64,000 nt of DNA from Felis catus (taxonomy: Eukaryota), in the NCBI RefSeq assembly GCF_018350175.1, contig NC_058373.1:108626001-108690000 (forward strand). Reading direction: 5' to 3'. The notes under the pieces are model-generated. The model was not told where the DNA came from. It saw only the letters and a program-made list of their open reading frames with translations, and ran no database searches. The first letter of the stretch is position 1; every line of letters starts with the position of its first letter. The translations under genes and the position numbers were made by a program. Below are positions 26,127 through 39,135 of the stretch, piece by piece.

Positions 26127-27423
26127 AAATATTCTCAGGATTCTGGTTTCTTTGGTTGTTCAAAACCTGTTTAAATGTACCATTAACACAACAATCCTTT
26201 AAGAATCTATAAGCCAAATGGTAGTGGGACTATTTGATTAATAAATAATTCTGTGTTTAATTTTACGAAAAAAATCTTAAGACTGAAACAGATAAATCAG
26301 CATATGACATAAACATTTAATTTCAGGAAACAGTGCAAATTAGAATACAGGAGAGTTTATTGTATATGAGTTACAGAGATTTAAATTTGAACAAAATTTA
26401 AGGTACATTTAAAATCTCATTCAATTCCAAAACATTTTTTTCATAGATAAACCTCATTACTAGAAAATATGCAGTGAATTTTTTTAACCATTATACTCCA
26501 GTTGCAATGGATGTTGGCATCATGGTTTTATAAATAACAATATTCTTAGAGTAAAAACTGACTCAGCAATTCAGCCCCTCTGAAATTTATCTTAAATATT
26601 CTAAAAGAAAAAATCCACATACTTGAAATTTCTGTTGTAGTATTATCTAGAGAGAGCAATTGGCAAGAATCAGAATGTCCTGAAAGATTCAAAATTTGCC
26701 TTAGAAATCATGGATCTTGACTCAATATAACATTAAAATTATTAGAATTGGTAATTGGTGAGACTATAAGGAAACAGGAAAACTGGTTGGTAGGCACTTT
26801 GGGGGGTTAAGTATAAAGAAGGATACTTTATTTTGTACCTTGTAAATCCAAATACAAGGAAAAATAGTTTGCTCTTCATGTTTTACTTTGGCCAGAAGTA
26901 AGCTCTTTACAGCTAGCAACTGTCTTAGTCATCATCATTTCTCTAGTGCTCAGTAAATGTTTGCTAAATTGAACCTAATCTCTGCACATCTAATGTGTAC
27001 AAATGAAAGGGGTAGGGAATTTAAATGACTTTTAACTTAAAAATTCCCTAATGTCACTTTTCATATGTAGGACACAGAGATATATAAGATATATCTCAAA
27101 TTTTCAGAGATAATTTGGGGGAAAAAGTACAATCCATGATACGCTATCATAAAAATACATTTAAAGGAAATATATTATTTATATATTGTACTATATAGTG
27201 GAGTCCAGGTGCAAAATAGTATTTTCTGGATATGATACTATGATATTTTTGGATATTAGCATTCTAATCCTGGAAAATAGATAATCACAGTTAAAAAATA
27301 TATTCACTGTGTATCAGGTAATATTAGACAACAAAACACACATTACTGGTAAATGAAATTTCATACCATACATGCAGTTCTATTAAAAACAAATACTAGT
27401 AATGCACTGCAGAAATAAGGTTA

Positions 27424-27707
27424 TTTTTTTTTTTTTGATGTCTGATCTTATTTATTTGTTACTCTTAGAAAAATCTCCTTTCTGTCTGAACTCAGAAGCT
27501 CTCAGAGAGCTTGGCAATCTGTTCCTGGCGTTTTTCTTTGGCCTCCTTCAGTCTGTTGGCCACAGGTTTAGTATATTCTCCAGCCTCTTCCTTACTTTTC
27601 TTAGTGCACTGCTTCTTCCAAGCAGTATGCCGACGTTTGTTTTGGAGGACACATGGAGTAACAAGACGCTGAATCTTGGGTGCTTTGGTTTTAGGTTTTT
27701 TACCTTC
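27424..27707 (-). pseudogene. RPS6: Processed pseudogene of ribosomal protein S6, 5'-truncated
   Basis: [66 protein letters not shown] matches the RPS6 C-terminus with substitutions and a deletion across RRRLSS; 3' UTR gagtaacaaataaataagatcagac with AATAAA (27451-27456); poly(A) as a T run at 27424-27436; no introns. Confidence 0.95.
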
Positions 27708-27849
27708 AATTGATGCAAAGTTACTTTCGGAAATTTCCATCTCTCCCTCCTCCACCTTCTCTATTTTTCTTTATGTTTTCTATTTTTTGAGTGTGAAAAC
27801 TTGCATCTTCTATTCTGGCACATACTATAATTGTAGAGATGTGATTTAA

Positions 27850-28436
<587 letters not shown>

Positions 28437-28728
28437 AAAAAAGAATATGGACTTTGAAGTCACCTAGGCATTATTGAAACTGTTTCTGAAGTAAATCAGC
28501 CAAATATCCTTAGAAAGCCTCTCAATCTATCGAACTCACTTATTTTAAAAACTGGGTTAATAATATGACCTTATATGGTTTTGTGAGTAGCTAAAAGGAT
28601 AATTCTCATGAACAACCCAGCACTGCACCCAGGCATATTATAGACAACCATGATGGTTTCCTTCATATCTTCTATGAAAAATACCTCACTGTATGAAGCA
28701 CCTATGCCTTCTAAAGCAGCCCATGCCC

Positions 28729-29690
28729 TGCTTATTAATTTGCTTGGGCTGCCATAAAAAAGCAGTGCAGACTGGGTAGCTTACATGACAGAATTTTTTT
28801 TTTTCAAGTTAGTTAACATACAGTGTAGTTTTTGCTTCAGGAGTAGAACCCAGTGATTCATCTCTTACATAGGACACCCAGAGCTCATCCTGAAAAGTGC
28901 TCTCCTTAATGCCTGTCACTTATTTAACGCAGCCCCCACCCCCCGAACCTTCCCTGCCCCACTCCCCAGCAACCCTCGGTTTGATCTCTGTATTTGAAAG
29001 TCTCTTATGGTTTGCCTCCCAATGTTTATAGTACCACTATCAACAATAGCCAAATTATGGAAAGAGCCCAAATGTCCATCGACTGATGAATGGATAAAGA
29101 TGATATAGTGTGTGTATATATATGTATGTATATGTGTATATAGTGTATATAATGGATAAATATGATATGGTGTGTGTGTATATATATATGTATGTGTATG
29201 TGTATACACACACACACACACACACACACACAATGGAATACCACTCAGTGATGAAAATTGAGATCTTGCCATTTGCAACAACATGGATAGAACTGGAACG
29301 TATTATGCTAAGCAAAATAAGTTAGAGAAAGCTATCTCATGAAATCACTCATATGTGGAATTTGAGAAACTCAACAAATGAACATTAGGGGAAGGGAAGG
29401 AAAACAAATTTATTTACAATTTTGAAAGCCAGAAGTCCAAGGTGTCAGTTTGGTTCCTTCTGAGGCTTTTCTCCCATGGCTGTCTTCACACAGTCTTAAC
29501 TCTGCCTGTTATGTGTATCCAAATTTCCTCTTGTAAAGACAGTAGCCATATGGGATTAGGGCTTACTCTAATCACCTCATTTTAACTTAATTGCCTCTTT
29601 AAAGACCCTACCTCCAGATACAATTACATTCTAAAATACTGGAGGTTTGGACGAAGATATTAATTTTTGTTGGGACGCAATTCAGTCCAT
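28729..29690 (-). mobile_element. MLT1-type solo LTR interrupted by an L1
   Basis: gggctgccataa...agactgggtagctta left part; agccagaagtccaag...cctcattttaacttaattgcctctttaaagaccct...ttcagtccat right part. Confidence 0.85.
28794..29404 (-). mobile_element. Carnivore L1 3' end with 5' inversion (minus 28794-29020, plus 29018-29404)
   Basis: Poly(T) then reverse 3' UTR to tttgcctccc; switches to sense cccaatgtttatag...gggaagggaaggaaaa; CCC microhomology; internal TA/TG/CA microsatellite. Confidence 0.9.
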
Positions 29691-29714
29691 GCCCTGCCCT
29701 CTTCACTTTGGATT

Positions 29715-29907
29715 TTTAAAGTTTATTTATTTTGAGCGAGAGAGAGCACATGTAAGAGAGTGCTAGTTGGGGAGGGGCAGAGGAGAGGTAATATCCCAAG
29801 CTGTCACCATAGAGCTCATCGCGGGATCAATCTCACCAAATGTGAGATCATGACCTGAGCCGAAATTAAGAGTTGGATGCTTAACTGACTGAGTCACCCA
29901 GGTGCCC
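29715..29907 (-). mobile_element. Older Can-SINE
   Basis: TSD tcacttt(g/a)gatttt. Confidence 0.9.
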
Positions 29908-31125
29908 TCACTTTAGATTTTAGAGACGTGTTCCAAGGAGAAGCTCTGTTGAGATCCCAGCCAAGTCTACATGGACAATACTTCACCTTTACTATTATCT
30001 ACATTGTTTCACCCTGTATGTTTGAAATGTATTGGCAGTAGTTGCAAATGCACACACATAGAAAAAAGGTAAAAGGGAGTTGACATGTTTAGTGAATATG
30101 CTCTTGAATATGCTATTAATTTTTTCACTCACACATTGAATGGGTTTGTCCACACACATCAATTGAGCGTTCACCATATCCCAGGCATTGCTATAGGCCT
30201 TGGGAGGTGAGAAGAACACATTGTGTTTGCCTTTGGGAGCTTAATCAAGAGAGGAAGGGAGGGAGTCAGAGAAACAGGAATTCTGAAAATTTCAAGACGA
30301 TACAGTAGTGCAAAAGGTAGATAAGCATAGGATATTACATTAAATAACAACGGTATGATTCTAATATTAGAAATGTGATTGGAAAATTTCCTATGCAGAG
30401 TGAGGCTAAGAGATAAGGGTTAGGGTTTTAGAACAACAGTTTAGCTACCTCTTATCTATATCCTAAAGTAGATCTGACCTAGAGTACTAGCTTGATTATT
30501 GGGAGGATAAAAGTCTGAAGTTCATCCACTCTGGAAATTGAACTAATCTTTCTGCTTAGGTATATAATTGACCCTATTTGTAATGGCATGATTCTCTTAG
30601 AACTTTAGATGCAGGATCTTAAATTCATGAATTCGTGTATCAAATACTAAAGTATGAAAATACCCCAAAACACTAAATACAAATACTGAAAAAGTGGTAA
30701 GGATTTCAGGAGATAAGGAATAGCAAGAGTGCTGGAAGCTGGGAATAATAAAGGCAGCATTGAATGTTGCATTCCAAATCATAGTTTTGATTTCATGAGT
30801 TTTAGGTGGGAGGAATAGCGAAAGGATCTGGTCTAGAGGTATCAGGTGGTAAAGCAATCATGGGTTGTCTTTGGGGGAGCACTAGGAAAGAGCAACTCAT
30901 ATGAATGACCCAAAAGAGTGAGCTACAGTGCTTTTATATTATAAGGGGGAGTATTTCAGAAACCAGGAACAAGGATGTGTGTGGATATTTGTAGGGGAAG
31001 GAGTAGGTGCTTTCCTATGGCCAGTGTCCTCAGTAGCTTCTATGAAGATGGTGGGTTAAGGATTAATTTTATTTATCTATGTATTTATTTATGTATTTAT
31101 GTATTTAGTGAGCATTAGAGTTACA

Positions 31126-33049
31126 TTTTATTTTTTATATGTAATTTATTGTCAAATTGGTTTCCATACAATACCCAGTGCTCATCCCAACAGGTGCCCT
31201 CCTCAATGCCCATCACCCACTTTCCCCTCTTCCCCATCCCCCATCAACCCTCAGTTTGTTCTCAGTATTTAAGAGTCTCTTATGGTTTGCCTCCTACCCT
31301 CTCTGTAACTTCCCCCTCCGCCGCCCTCCCCGTTGGTCTTCTGGTGAGTTTCTCAGGATCCACATATGAATGAAAACATATGGTATCTGTCTTTCTCTGC
31401 CTGACTTATTTCACTTAGCATAACAGTCTCTAGTTCCATCCACGTTGCTGCAAGTGGCCAGATTTCATTCTTTCTCATTGCCAAATAGTATTCCATTGTA
31501 TATCTAAGCCACATCTTCTTTATCCATTCGTCGGTTGATGGACATTTAGGCTCTTTCCATAATTTGGCTATTGTTGAAAGTGCTGCTATAAACATTGGGG
31601 TACAGGGGCACCTGGGTGGTTCAATCGATTGAACGTCTGACTTCAGCTCAGGTCATGATCTCAGAGTTAGTGGGTTTGAGCCCCGCATTGGGCCCTGTTC
31701 TGACAGCGCAGAGCCTGGAGTCTTCTTCCAATTCTGTGTCTCCCTCTCTCTCTGCCCCTCCCCTGCTCGTGCTCTGTCTCTGTCTCTCAACAATTAAAAA
31801 ACCCCCAAAACATTGGGGTACAAAGGGCACCTGTCATCAACACTTTTGTATCCCTTGGGTAAATTCCTAGCAGTGCTATTGCTGGGTCATACGGTAGATC
31901 TATTTCTAACTTTTTGAGGAACCTCCACACTGTTTTCTAGAGTGGCTGCACCAGTTTGCATTCCCACCAACAGCGCAAGAGTGTTCCATTTTCTCCACAT
32001 CCTCTCCAGCATCTATAGTCTCCTGATTTGTTCATTTTAGCCACTCTGACTGGTGTGAGGTGGTATCTCAGTGTGGTTTTGATTTGTATTTCCCTGATGA
32101 GGAGTGACGTTGAGCATCTTGTCATGTGCCTGTTGTCCATCTGGATGTCTTCTTTAGAAAAGTGTCTATTCATGTCTTCTGTCCATTTCTTCAGTGGATT
32201 ATTTATTTTTCAGGTGTGGAGTTTGGTAAGTTCTTTATAGATTTTGGATACTAGCCCTTTGTCCGATATGTTGTTGCAAATATCTTTTCCCATTTCGTTG
32301 GTTGCCTTTTAGTTTTGTTGATTGTTTCCTTTGCCGTGCAGAAGCTATGAAGCCAGCATTACTTTGATTCCCAAAGCAGACAGAGATTAGGCAAAAAAGG
32401 GAACTACAGGCCAATATCCCTGATGAATACGGATGCAAAAATTCTCAACAAGATGCTAGGAAATTGAATTCAACAGCATATAAAAAGAATTATTCACCAT
32501 GATCAAGTGGGATTCATTCCTGGGCTGCAGGGCTGGTTCGATATTCACAAATCAATCTGTGATACATCACATTAAGAAAAGAAAAGATAAGAACCATATG
32601 ATCCCGTCAATCAATGCAGAAAAAGCATTTGACAAAATTCAGCATCCTTTCTTAATAAAAACCCTCGAGAAAGTCGGGATAGAAGGAACATACTTAAAGA
32701 TCATAAAAGCCATTTATGAAAAGCCCACAGCTAACATCATCCTCAATGGGGAAAAACTGAGAGCTTTCCCCCTGAGGTCAGGAACACGACAGGGATGTCT
32801 ACTCTCACCGCTGTTGGTTAACCTAGTGTTGGAAGTGCTAGCATCAGCAATCAGACAACAAAAGGAAATCAAAGGCATCAAAATTGGCAAAGATAAAGTC
32901 AAGCTTTCACTTTTTGCAGATGACATGATATTATACATGGAAAATCTGATAGACTCCACCAAAAGTCTGCTAGAGCTGATACATGAATTCAGCAAAGTCG
33001 CAGGGTACAAAATTAATGTACAGAAATCAGTTGTGTTCTTATACACTAA
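31126..33049 (-). mobile_element. Felid L1 with 5' inversion (minus 31126-32346; inverted RT-domain segment on plus 32345-33049)
   Basis: L1 3' end aatttattgtcaaattggtttccataca in reverse up to SFCTAKET; then sense [12 protein letters not shown]...[12 protein letters not shown]...LFADDMILY...[13 protein letters not shown] (ORF 32499-33107); CT microhomology at the junction. Confidence 0.95.
31605..31807 (+). mobile_element. Can-SINE nested in L1
   Basis: 15-bp TSD aaacattggggtaca at 31590-31604 and 31808-31822. Confidence 0.96.
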
Positions 33050-34062
33050 GGAAAATTGGGAAGATAAAGAAATTTCCTACATACGTCTTAGCCCCCAATA
33101 TACATAGCCTCCCCCCATTATCAGCATCACTCACCAGAGTGTTATATTTGTCAACTGACAAAACCTACGTTGATGAATCATTATCACCCAGAATCCATAC
33201 TTTATATTGGGGTTCGTTCCTGGTGGTGTATATTCTTTGTGTTTGGACAAATGTGTAATTATATGTATCCACCATTATAGTACCATACAGAGTAGTTTCA
33301 GTGCCCTAAAAATCCTCTGTGTTCCACCTATTCATCCTTTTCTCACTAACCCTTGCCAACCCTTGATCTTACTGTTGTCATAGTTTTGCCTTTTCGAGGA
33401 TGTCAGATAGTTGGAATCTTATGGTGTGTAACTTTTGAAGACTGTGTTCTATCAGTAATATGCATTTAAGATTTCTCTACCTTTTCATAGCTTGATAGCT
33501 CATTTCTTTTCAGCTGAATAACATTCTATTTCCTGAATGTACCACAGATTATTCATTCACCTACTGAAAGATGCCTTGGTTGCTTCCAAGTTTTGGAAGT
33601 TATGAATAAAACTACAAACATCCATGTGCAGGTTTTCATGCAAACAAGTCTTTAGCTCTGTTGGGTAAATAACAAGGAGCATGATTACTGGATTATATGA
33701 TAAAAATATGTTTAGTTTTGGGGTTCCTGGATGGCTCAGTCATAAGAGCATGTGACTCTTGATCTCAGGGTCCTGAGTTCAAGCCCCATGTTGAGTGTAG
33801 AGATTAAACAAATAAAGAGAAACTTTGATAAAAGTATGTTTAGTTTTTAAGATGCTGTGAAACTTTCTTCCAAAGAGGCTGGACCATTGTGCATCCCGCC
33901 AACCATATAGAGCGTTCCTCTTGCTCCACACCCTCACCAGCCTTTGGTGGTGTCAGTGCTCTGGAATTTGGACGATAGAAGTATAGTATCTCATGGTTTT
34001 AATTTGCGTTTCTCTGACAACATGTGATGTGTAGCATCTTTTTAGATGCTTATTTGCCATCA
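33050..34062 (-). mobile_element. Ancient L1MC-like 3' end (host of the felid L1; its extreme end lies at about 31100-31125)
   Basis: Similar to the element at 1375-3090 (ccccattatcagcatcactcaccagagt; ttcacctactgaaag). Confidence 0.85.
33720..33825 (+). mobile_element. Short tRNA(Lys)-derived Can-SINE variant without a CT tract
   Basis: ggatggctcagtc..gagcatgtgactcttgatctcagggtcctgagttcaagcccc; TSD tgataaaa(a/g)tatgtttagtttt. Confidence 0.85.
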
Positions 34063-36941
34063 GAAATCAATTCTGATTGAGTTTGTGAAAGCTCTGACTT
34101 GTCATGTTGTAGAAAAGAGGCTGCCAGTCATTTCTTCTGAGTCCCGGAAAACTATGAGGAATTGTGGACGTCCCTGGAAACAGTAGTAATTTTCAAACAC
34201 CACAATTATCAGTGAGTAATTGTTATCTGTAAAGCCAGCTGTAGTTTGCTCCAGCTGAAAATGTCCTTAATCACCTTTTGAATCGATCTATTCCTGAGTG
34301 ACAGCCAGACATGCCTAGGTTTGCTCTTTACGTTTTACGGAAAGTCCCAGATAGGAAAATCAGTTTCTATTTTAGTGCAGGATCTGGGAGCAGGCAGACC
34401 TATAGGAGAATAGATGGGGGTGGTCAGGGGTGAGAAGGGATCTGAATGACTTTCTACATAATTCAATTACTGTGAGCATTGAGTTTTATTCCTGTGCAAA
34501 GGCATAAACACTGCTTTTGGTTTAATCATGATACTCTGAAGCTGACTGGTTGTTTGCAAAATATTTTGAGCACCTTGGAAAAGTGGCATCATTTGTGTAT
34601 AAAATATTACTAAATGTGCTTTTTGCCAAATAATTCAGAGAAAGGTTCAGCTGACTTTCTTTGCTTTTCTGATTTAGAAGCTTTTTCTTCAAAGTAGAAG
34701 TAATGATTTTTTTGCTTAAATGTAGCTCTGGGCACAGTTACAAATTTTCAGCATGTTTTTGGCTTCTAATAATTTACATCAACTATTCAGTAATTTGGCT
34801 TTTTGTTGATTCTTTTTCTAAGGCAAAATGTTACTTGTTAAATGTTGCTCCTGCTGGTAGTAAAATGTGGTTACTTTGAATAATGTTTCTGCTACTGTAG
34901 GTAAATGGAAAATAATTTTGCTGATATCTAAGTAGATGGGGGAGGGGAGAAAGATGACATATATTTTAATAAATATCGAATATACACAGGAAGCAAAGAG
35001 TTAGAATTCTATTTCTTAACAGTGGAAATGTGTATCCTGTTTGTACCTGTACCTGATAACAGTGCTTAATAGCATTAATATTCAGTTTATATTCTGCACC
35101 ATAAGCTACAAGCCATAGCATCCTCTCCTTCCTCTTTCCTTCCCTCCACTTTCCCTCCCTCCTTTCCTTCCAGTGAGTGCCAGTCATGTGCCAGACTAAT
35201 ATTGGTATCATTCAGGCAAATTCTTGCTGTTATTAAAAGCTACATATGATTTTCTGTTTTAAAAATAGGGCAACTCAGATTTCATAGTTTAATCATTTGA
35301 CTGGGGTTAATAGTTATTGAACAGTTACTGTGCATCACTCTGAATATTCTAAAGAAATAAGATATTTCATAGACTGATATTAAGGAGATTTATAACCTTA
35401 ATGGGGAGACATAAAAATGTTATAAATATATCTATAAAGAAATCCAGTGTTGGGTGGATAAGTACAGAAAAAGCAACAGAATATAGAAGACTTAACTCCT
35501 CTATTCCTATGATTCTGCGAAGGATAAAAATATTTGATTTCTTATTTCAGGATTCAGGTGGTAGTTCTTGCTTATTTCAAGATAATGTATTTTTAAAAAC
35601 ATTTTTATTTCTGCACTCACACAAGCTTTCTGTGGTCTAATTTAGGAGAACCAGGATCTGTGCGTTTTAGAAGGCAAGGCATTCAGAATAAATACAACAA
35701 TAAACAACTGTCCAGCTTTGAGACAAGAAGTGTCACAGGCAGGATGATTTGTTTGTCAAAAGAGTCATCCAGAGAGTGGAGATACTATAAGAGCTCAGAG
35801 CTGAGCTGGACACAGCACTGTGACCTGTCAGTGGGAGATGAGAATTTTCGTGATCCTCAGAGAATAGGTATTATAGGAACCAGTGCAAAGGAGTGGGGAA
35901 AACTTTCATGTACGGTAAATGTTATCAGCAGAGTTGACCAAGGTTAGTGCCTTAGCCATATGGGGGAAAATGATTTCTGGTAAAGGTGAGGTGGGAGAAG
36001 ATGAAGTAGCAGGTGAGGGCCACATTGAGAAGGGCCTTCACCTGAAGCAGGGAGTTTAGCAGTTTCTTAGCAACCAGTGGTAGTCCAGGGAGAGTCATCT
36101 TTCACTAGCTTGAGATCCCACCCAAACTTTTTCTCCTCTCATTCTTGGATGAGATGCAAAGATGGAGGGATTGGGAGACACTGTGAACAGATCTGGAGAT
36201 CAAGTCTAGGGTGCTTCTTCACTTGGTGATGGATGGATTGATTTATTTGATCAGTACCAGACAATCTGAATGATGATGATGAGAGGTGAGTGACCAGCCA
36301 CAAAGTGCAGGGACTTAATAATAAGGATTTTGTTGTCATTGTTAATAGCAGGGTTAAAATAACAGCTACCTCTTCAATCTTACGTCTTTGTGGTTCAAAA
36401 GATGCCAATACAGTGTATTTCTCAGACTGTGGCTATTTGTAGGCAACACACAGTTTTCATTGTTTTAGGATAGTTCATGTTTTACTATGTCCTTTGACAG
36501 AGTAGCACAATGAGGCTAGGGAGAAGAGCCAAAGATTCTGTCTTTGTCTAAATCTGTGCATGAGGTTCATTGGCTCTAAGAAGATGGCATTCTCCACCAA
36601 CCTCTCCCAATTTATGGACAAGCCCACAATTCACCACTCTCTGACACTGAAGCCAAGAGGAGCCAACATAGATGGGAGGAGCCAATTCCTAGGTGTCTAG
36701 GAATTGATCTACCTAAAGATGATTCGTGAGTATGTCAGTTTATTCACTTTACTCATTCATGTGTGGGCCATTGGTTTATGGCTAGGTTTCATATAAGTAT
36801 GTCATGGCTAGGCTTTTTCCTAAATATTAATGGGGGACTTGTGATTCAGTACTTCAAAATAGTTATTTAAGATACAACTACTAAGTATAGACTCTATCGT
36901 TGGAAATTGGAAACTTTAATGTGCATTAAAATTCCCTCCCT

Positions 36942-37153
36942 GGGGCGCCTGGGTGGCACAGTCGGTTGAGCGTCCGACTTCAGCCAGGTCACGATCTCGC
37001 GGTCCGTGAGTTCGAGCCCCACGTTGGGCTCTGGGCTGATGGCTCGGAGCCTGGAGCCTGTTTCCGATTCTGTGTCTCCCTCTCTCTCTGCCCCTCCCCC
37101 GTTCATGCTCTCTCTCTCTGTCCCAAAAATAAATAAACGTTGAAAAAAAAAAT
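36942..37153 (+). mobile_element. Young felid Can-SINE
   Basis: 16-bp TSD ttaaaattccctccct. Confidence 0.97.
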
Positions 37154-38799
37154 TTAAAATTCCCTCCCTAATGAAGTGTAGAAAAGACAGAAGATGAGAA
37201 TGACTTATGAGAAATCTTGAAAAAGCACTGCAGAGAGAGAGACTTTTACAGTGTAGTTCCAGGGATGAGTGTTGGCTGGCTGTAAGCATTCCATGGTCTT
37301 ATGGCATTCATCTTTGAATCCCTAGAATACAGCCTGGGTATTTGGTAGAGACACACTGGATGTCTGTTGAACTAAAGTAATATGACAGCTATGGGAGTTA
37401 GGCTAGCAAGGCTGAAAATTGTTGCTCAGGAGGCTCTCTGCACAGGGTAGGCACTGACGAATGCACAAAATGTCCTAAATCAGGGTTCTAACTGAGAGGT
37501 AGAAATGTTGCCATAGTAATTGAATACTGGTGAGTGTTTGCTTCCCTTTAGCCTAAAAGCTAAAACATGGAGTGCACGTGATTTCTAAATGGGTGAAATT
37601 CGTGCCCAACTAAGTATACTACCAAATAAAAGGCTATTTAATTCACTGCGTCTTTCATGCTTCCTGAATTATTCCTTCACCCTACTTTCCATATGTCCGC
37701 TTCTCCCTCAGAAGTAACAGCTGTGGAGACCAGCAGTTGTGATGCCAACCTCTGTAGTCCTGGCAGTTGGCTAGTGCATCATTGGGCTGGTGGGACGTGG
37801 AAACCATGACCATGAACAACTCTGCGTTTGCGGGAGAGAATGCATCTGGAACCAGTCACTTCTTGTGACCATCAGTGTCCTCATTTACTTTAGGTTTGGA
37901 GGGCATTTTCAGTCTAAAGCACATCATTTCCTGAATATCTTTTTGACTTTTGAGTAAAACAGGAGAGTGGTAATTTAGAAAATTTCTGAATTAATACTTC
38001 AGAAGTATTGAGCTGATCAGAATTATGGAGAGACAATCACATGTGGTCCAGTGAAAAGGTGGCTTATTGACAATATCTCTGTATAACCTAGGACTAAAAT
38101 GCCCCAGATGGGAGGAGTGGTCCCTCTACACAAACTGGCAGAAATTAGAGATGATGGAGGTAGGTTCTAGGGTTTTTATGTTCACAAGTTCTCTCCATCT
38201 AGATTTTCAGTAGAGAAATAATGTGCTTGTATTCCCTTTACAATTTCCTCCATCTCCTTTACTGTTTCCTTTGTATTCCTGTCCTTTTTTTGTTAAACAT
38301 TCTGTGACCTTTTCAGTTAAAGTCTCCATATAAGTATGATGTGCATCCTATCCATTAACTTTCTCTAGAATAACTGTAAAATGATGAATGACACAGCAAC
38401 TCATGGGCTATTACCCTAAGTAGAGTATCTAAACAGCAACGTCTCTTGGCCCCACCTCCCCTTTTCTGCAAACCTTAGGGGCTTTTCCAACTTTAGAATA
38501 ACATCACACATTTAACTTTTTGATAAAGTGATTCCCAAGGTCAAAGTCGTTTAGGCTGCTCCTTTAACATAGCAATTGTCTAGACTTCATCCAAGAGATG
38601 CCAGGAAGAAGGAATCAGAAGAGAGGCTTTTGATCTTGGTCCTTACCTTGGAAGATAGATAAATTCATTTGTCTCTAACTTGGTATAAGTTGATGGGGGA
38701 TAGTGCAGAGGAAAGCCTATAGATTCTGAGTTGAGATGCCTTAGACAGAAAATTCCCCCAAATAAAATGATCTGAATTGATTTTAATTTCTCAGAATTG

Positions 38800-39135
38800 G
38801 TATATTGGTTTGCTAGGGTTGCCATAATGAAATACCAGACATGGGGTGGCTTAAACAGTGGAAATTTGTTTTCGTCTGGTTCTGGAGGCTGGAAGTCCAA
38901 GATCAAGATGTCAGAAGATTTGGTTTCTATTGAGGCCTCTGTCCTTGTCTTGTAGACAGCTACTTTCTTGCTGTGTCCCTAAAAGGACACCAATCAGAAT
39001 AAAGCCCAATCCTTGTGACTTCATTTAACCTTAATTACTACTCTGAAGGTCTGTATTTCAAGTACAGTCACATTCTAAGGTACTGGGGGATTAGGGCTTC
39101 AACTTATGAATTTGGGGAGACACAATTCTTTAACA
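38800..39135 (-). mobile_element. MLT1-type LTR (internally deleted)
   Basis: gctagggttgccataa...ggttctggaggctggaagtccaagatcaag...tatgaatttggggagacaca. Confidence 0.85.

Noticed and set aside
27077..27097. Hairpin gagatatat-aag-atatatctc
   Set aside because: Low-complexity AT symmetry expected by chance.
32499..33107. Longest ORF (202 aa) with the RT FADD motif, as a gene
   Set aside because: Fragment of L1 ORF2 in an inverted, truncated insertion; stops and frameshifts upstream; runs into unrelated old L1.
33720..33795. tRNA-Lys-like sequence as a tRNA gene
   Set aside because: Degenerate stems, A-rich tail and TSD indicate a SINE.
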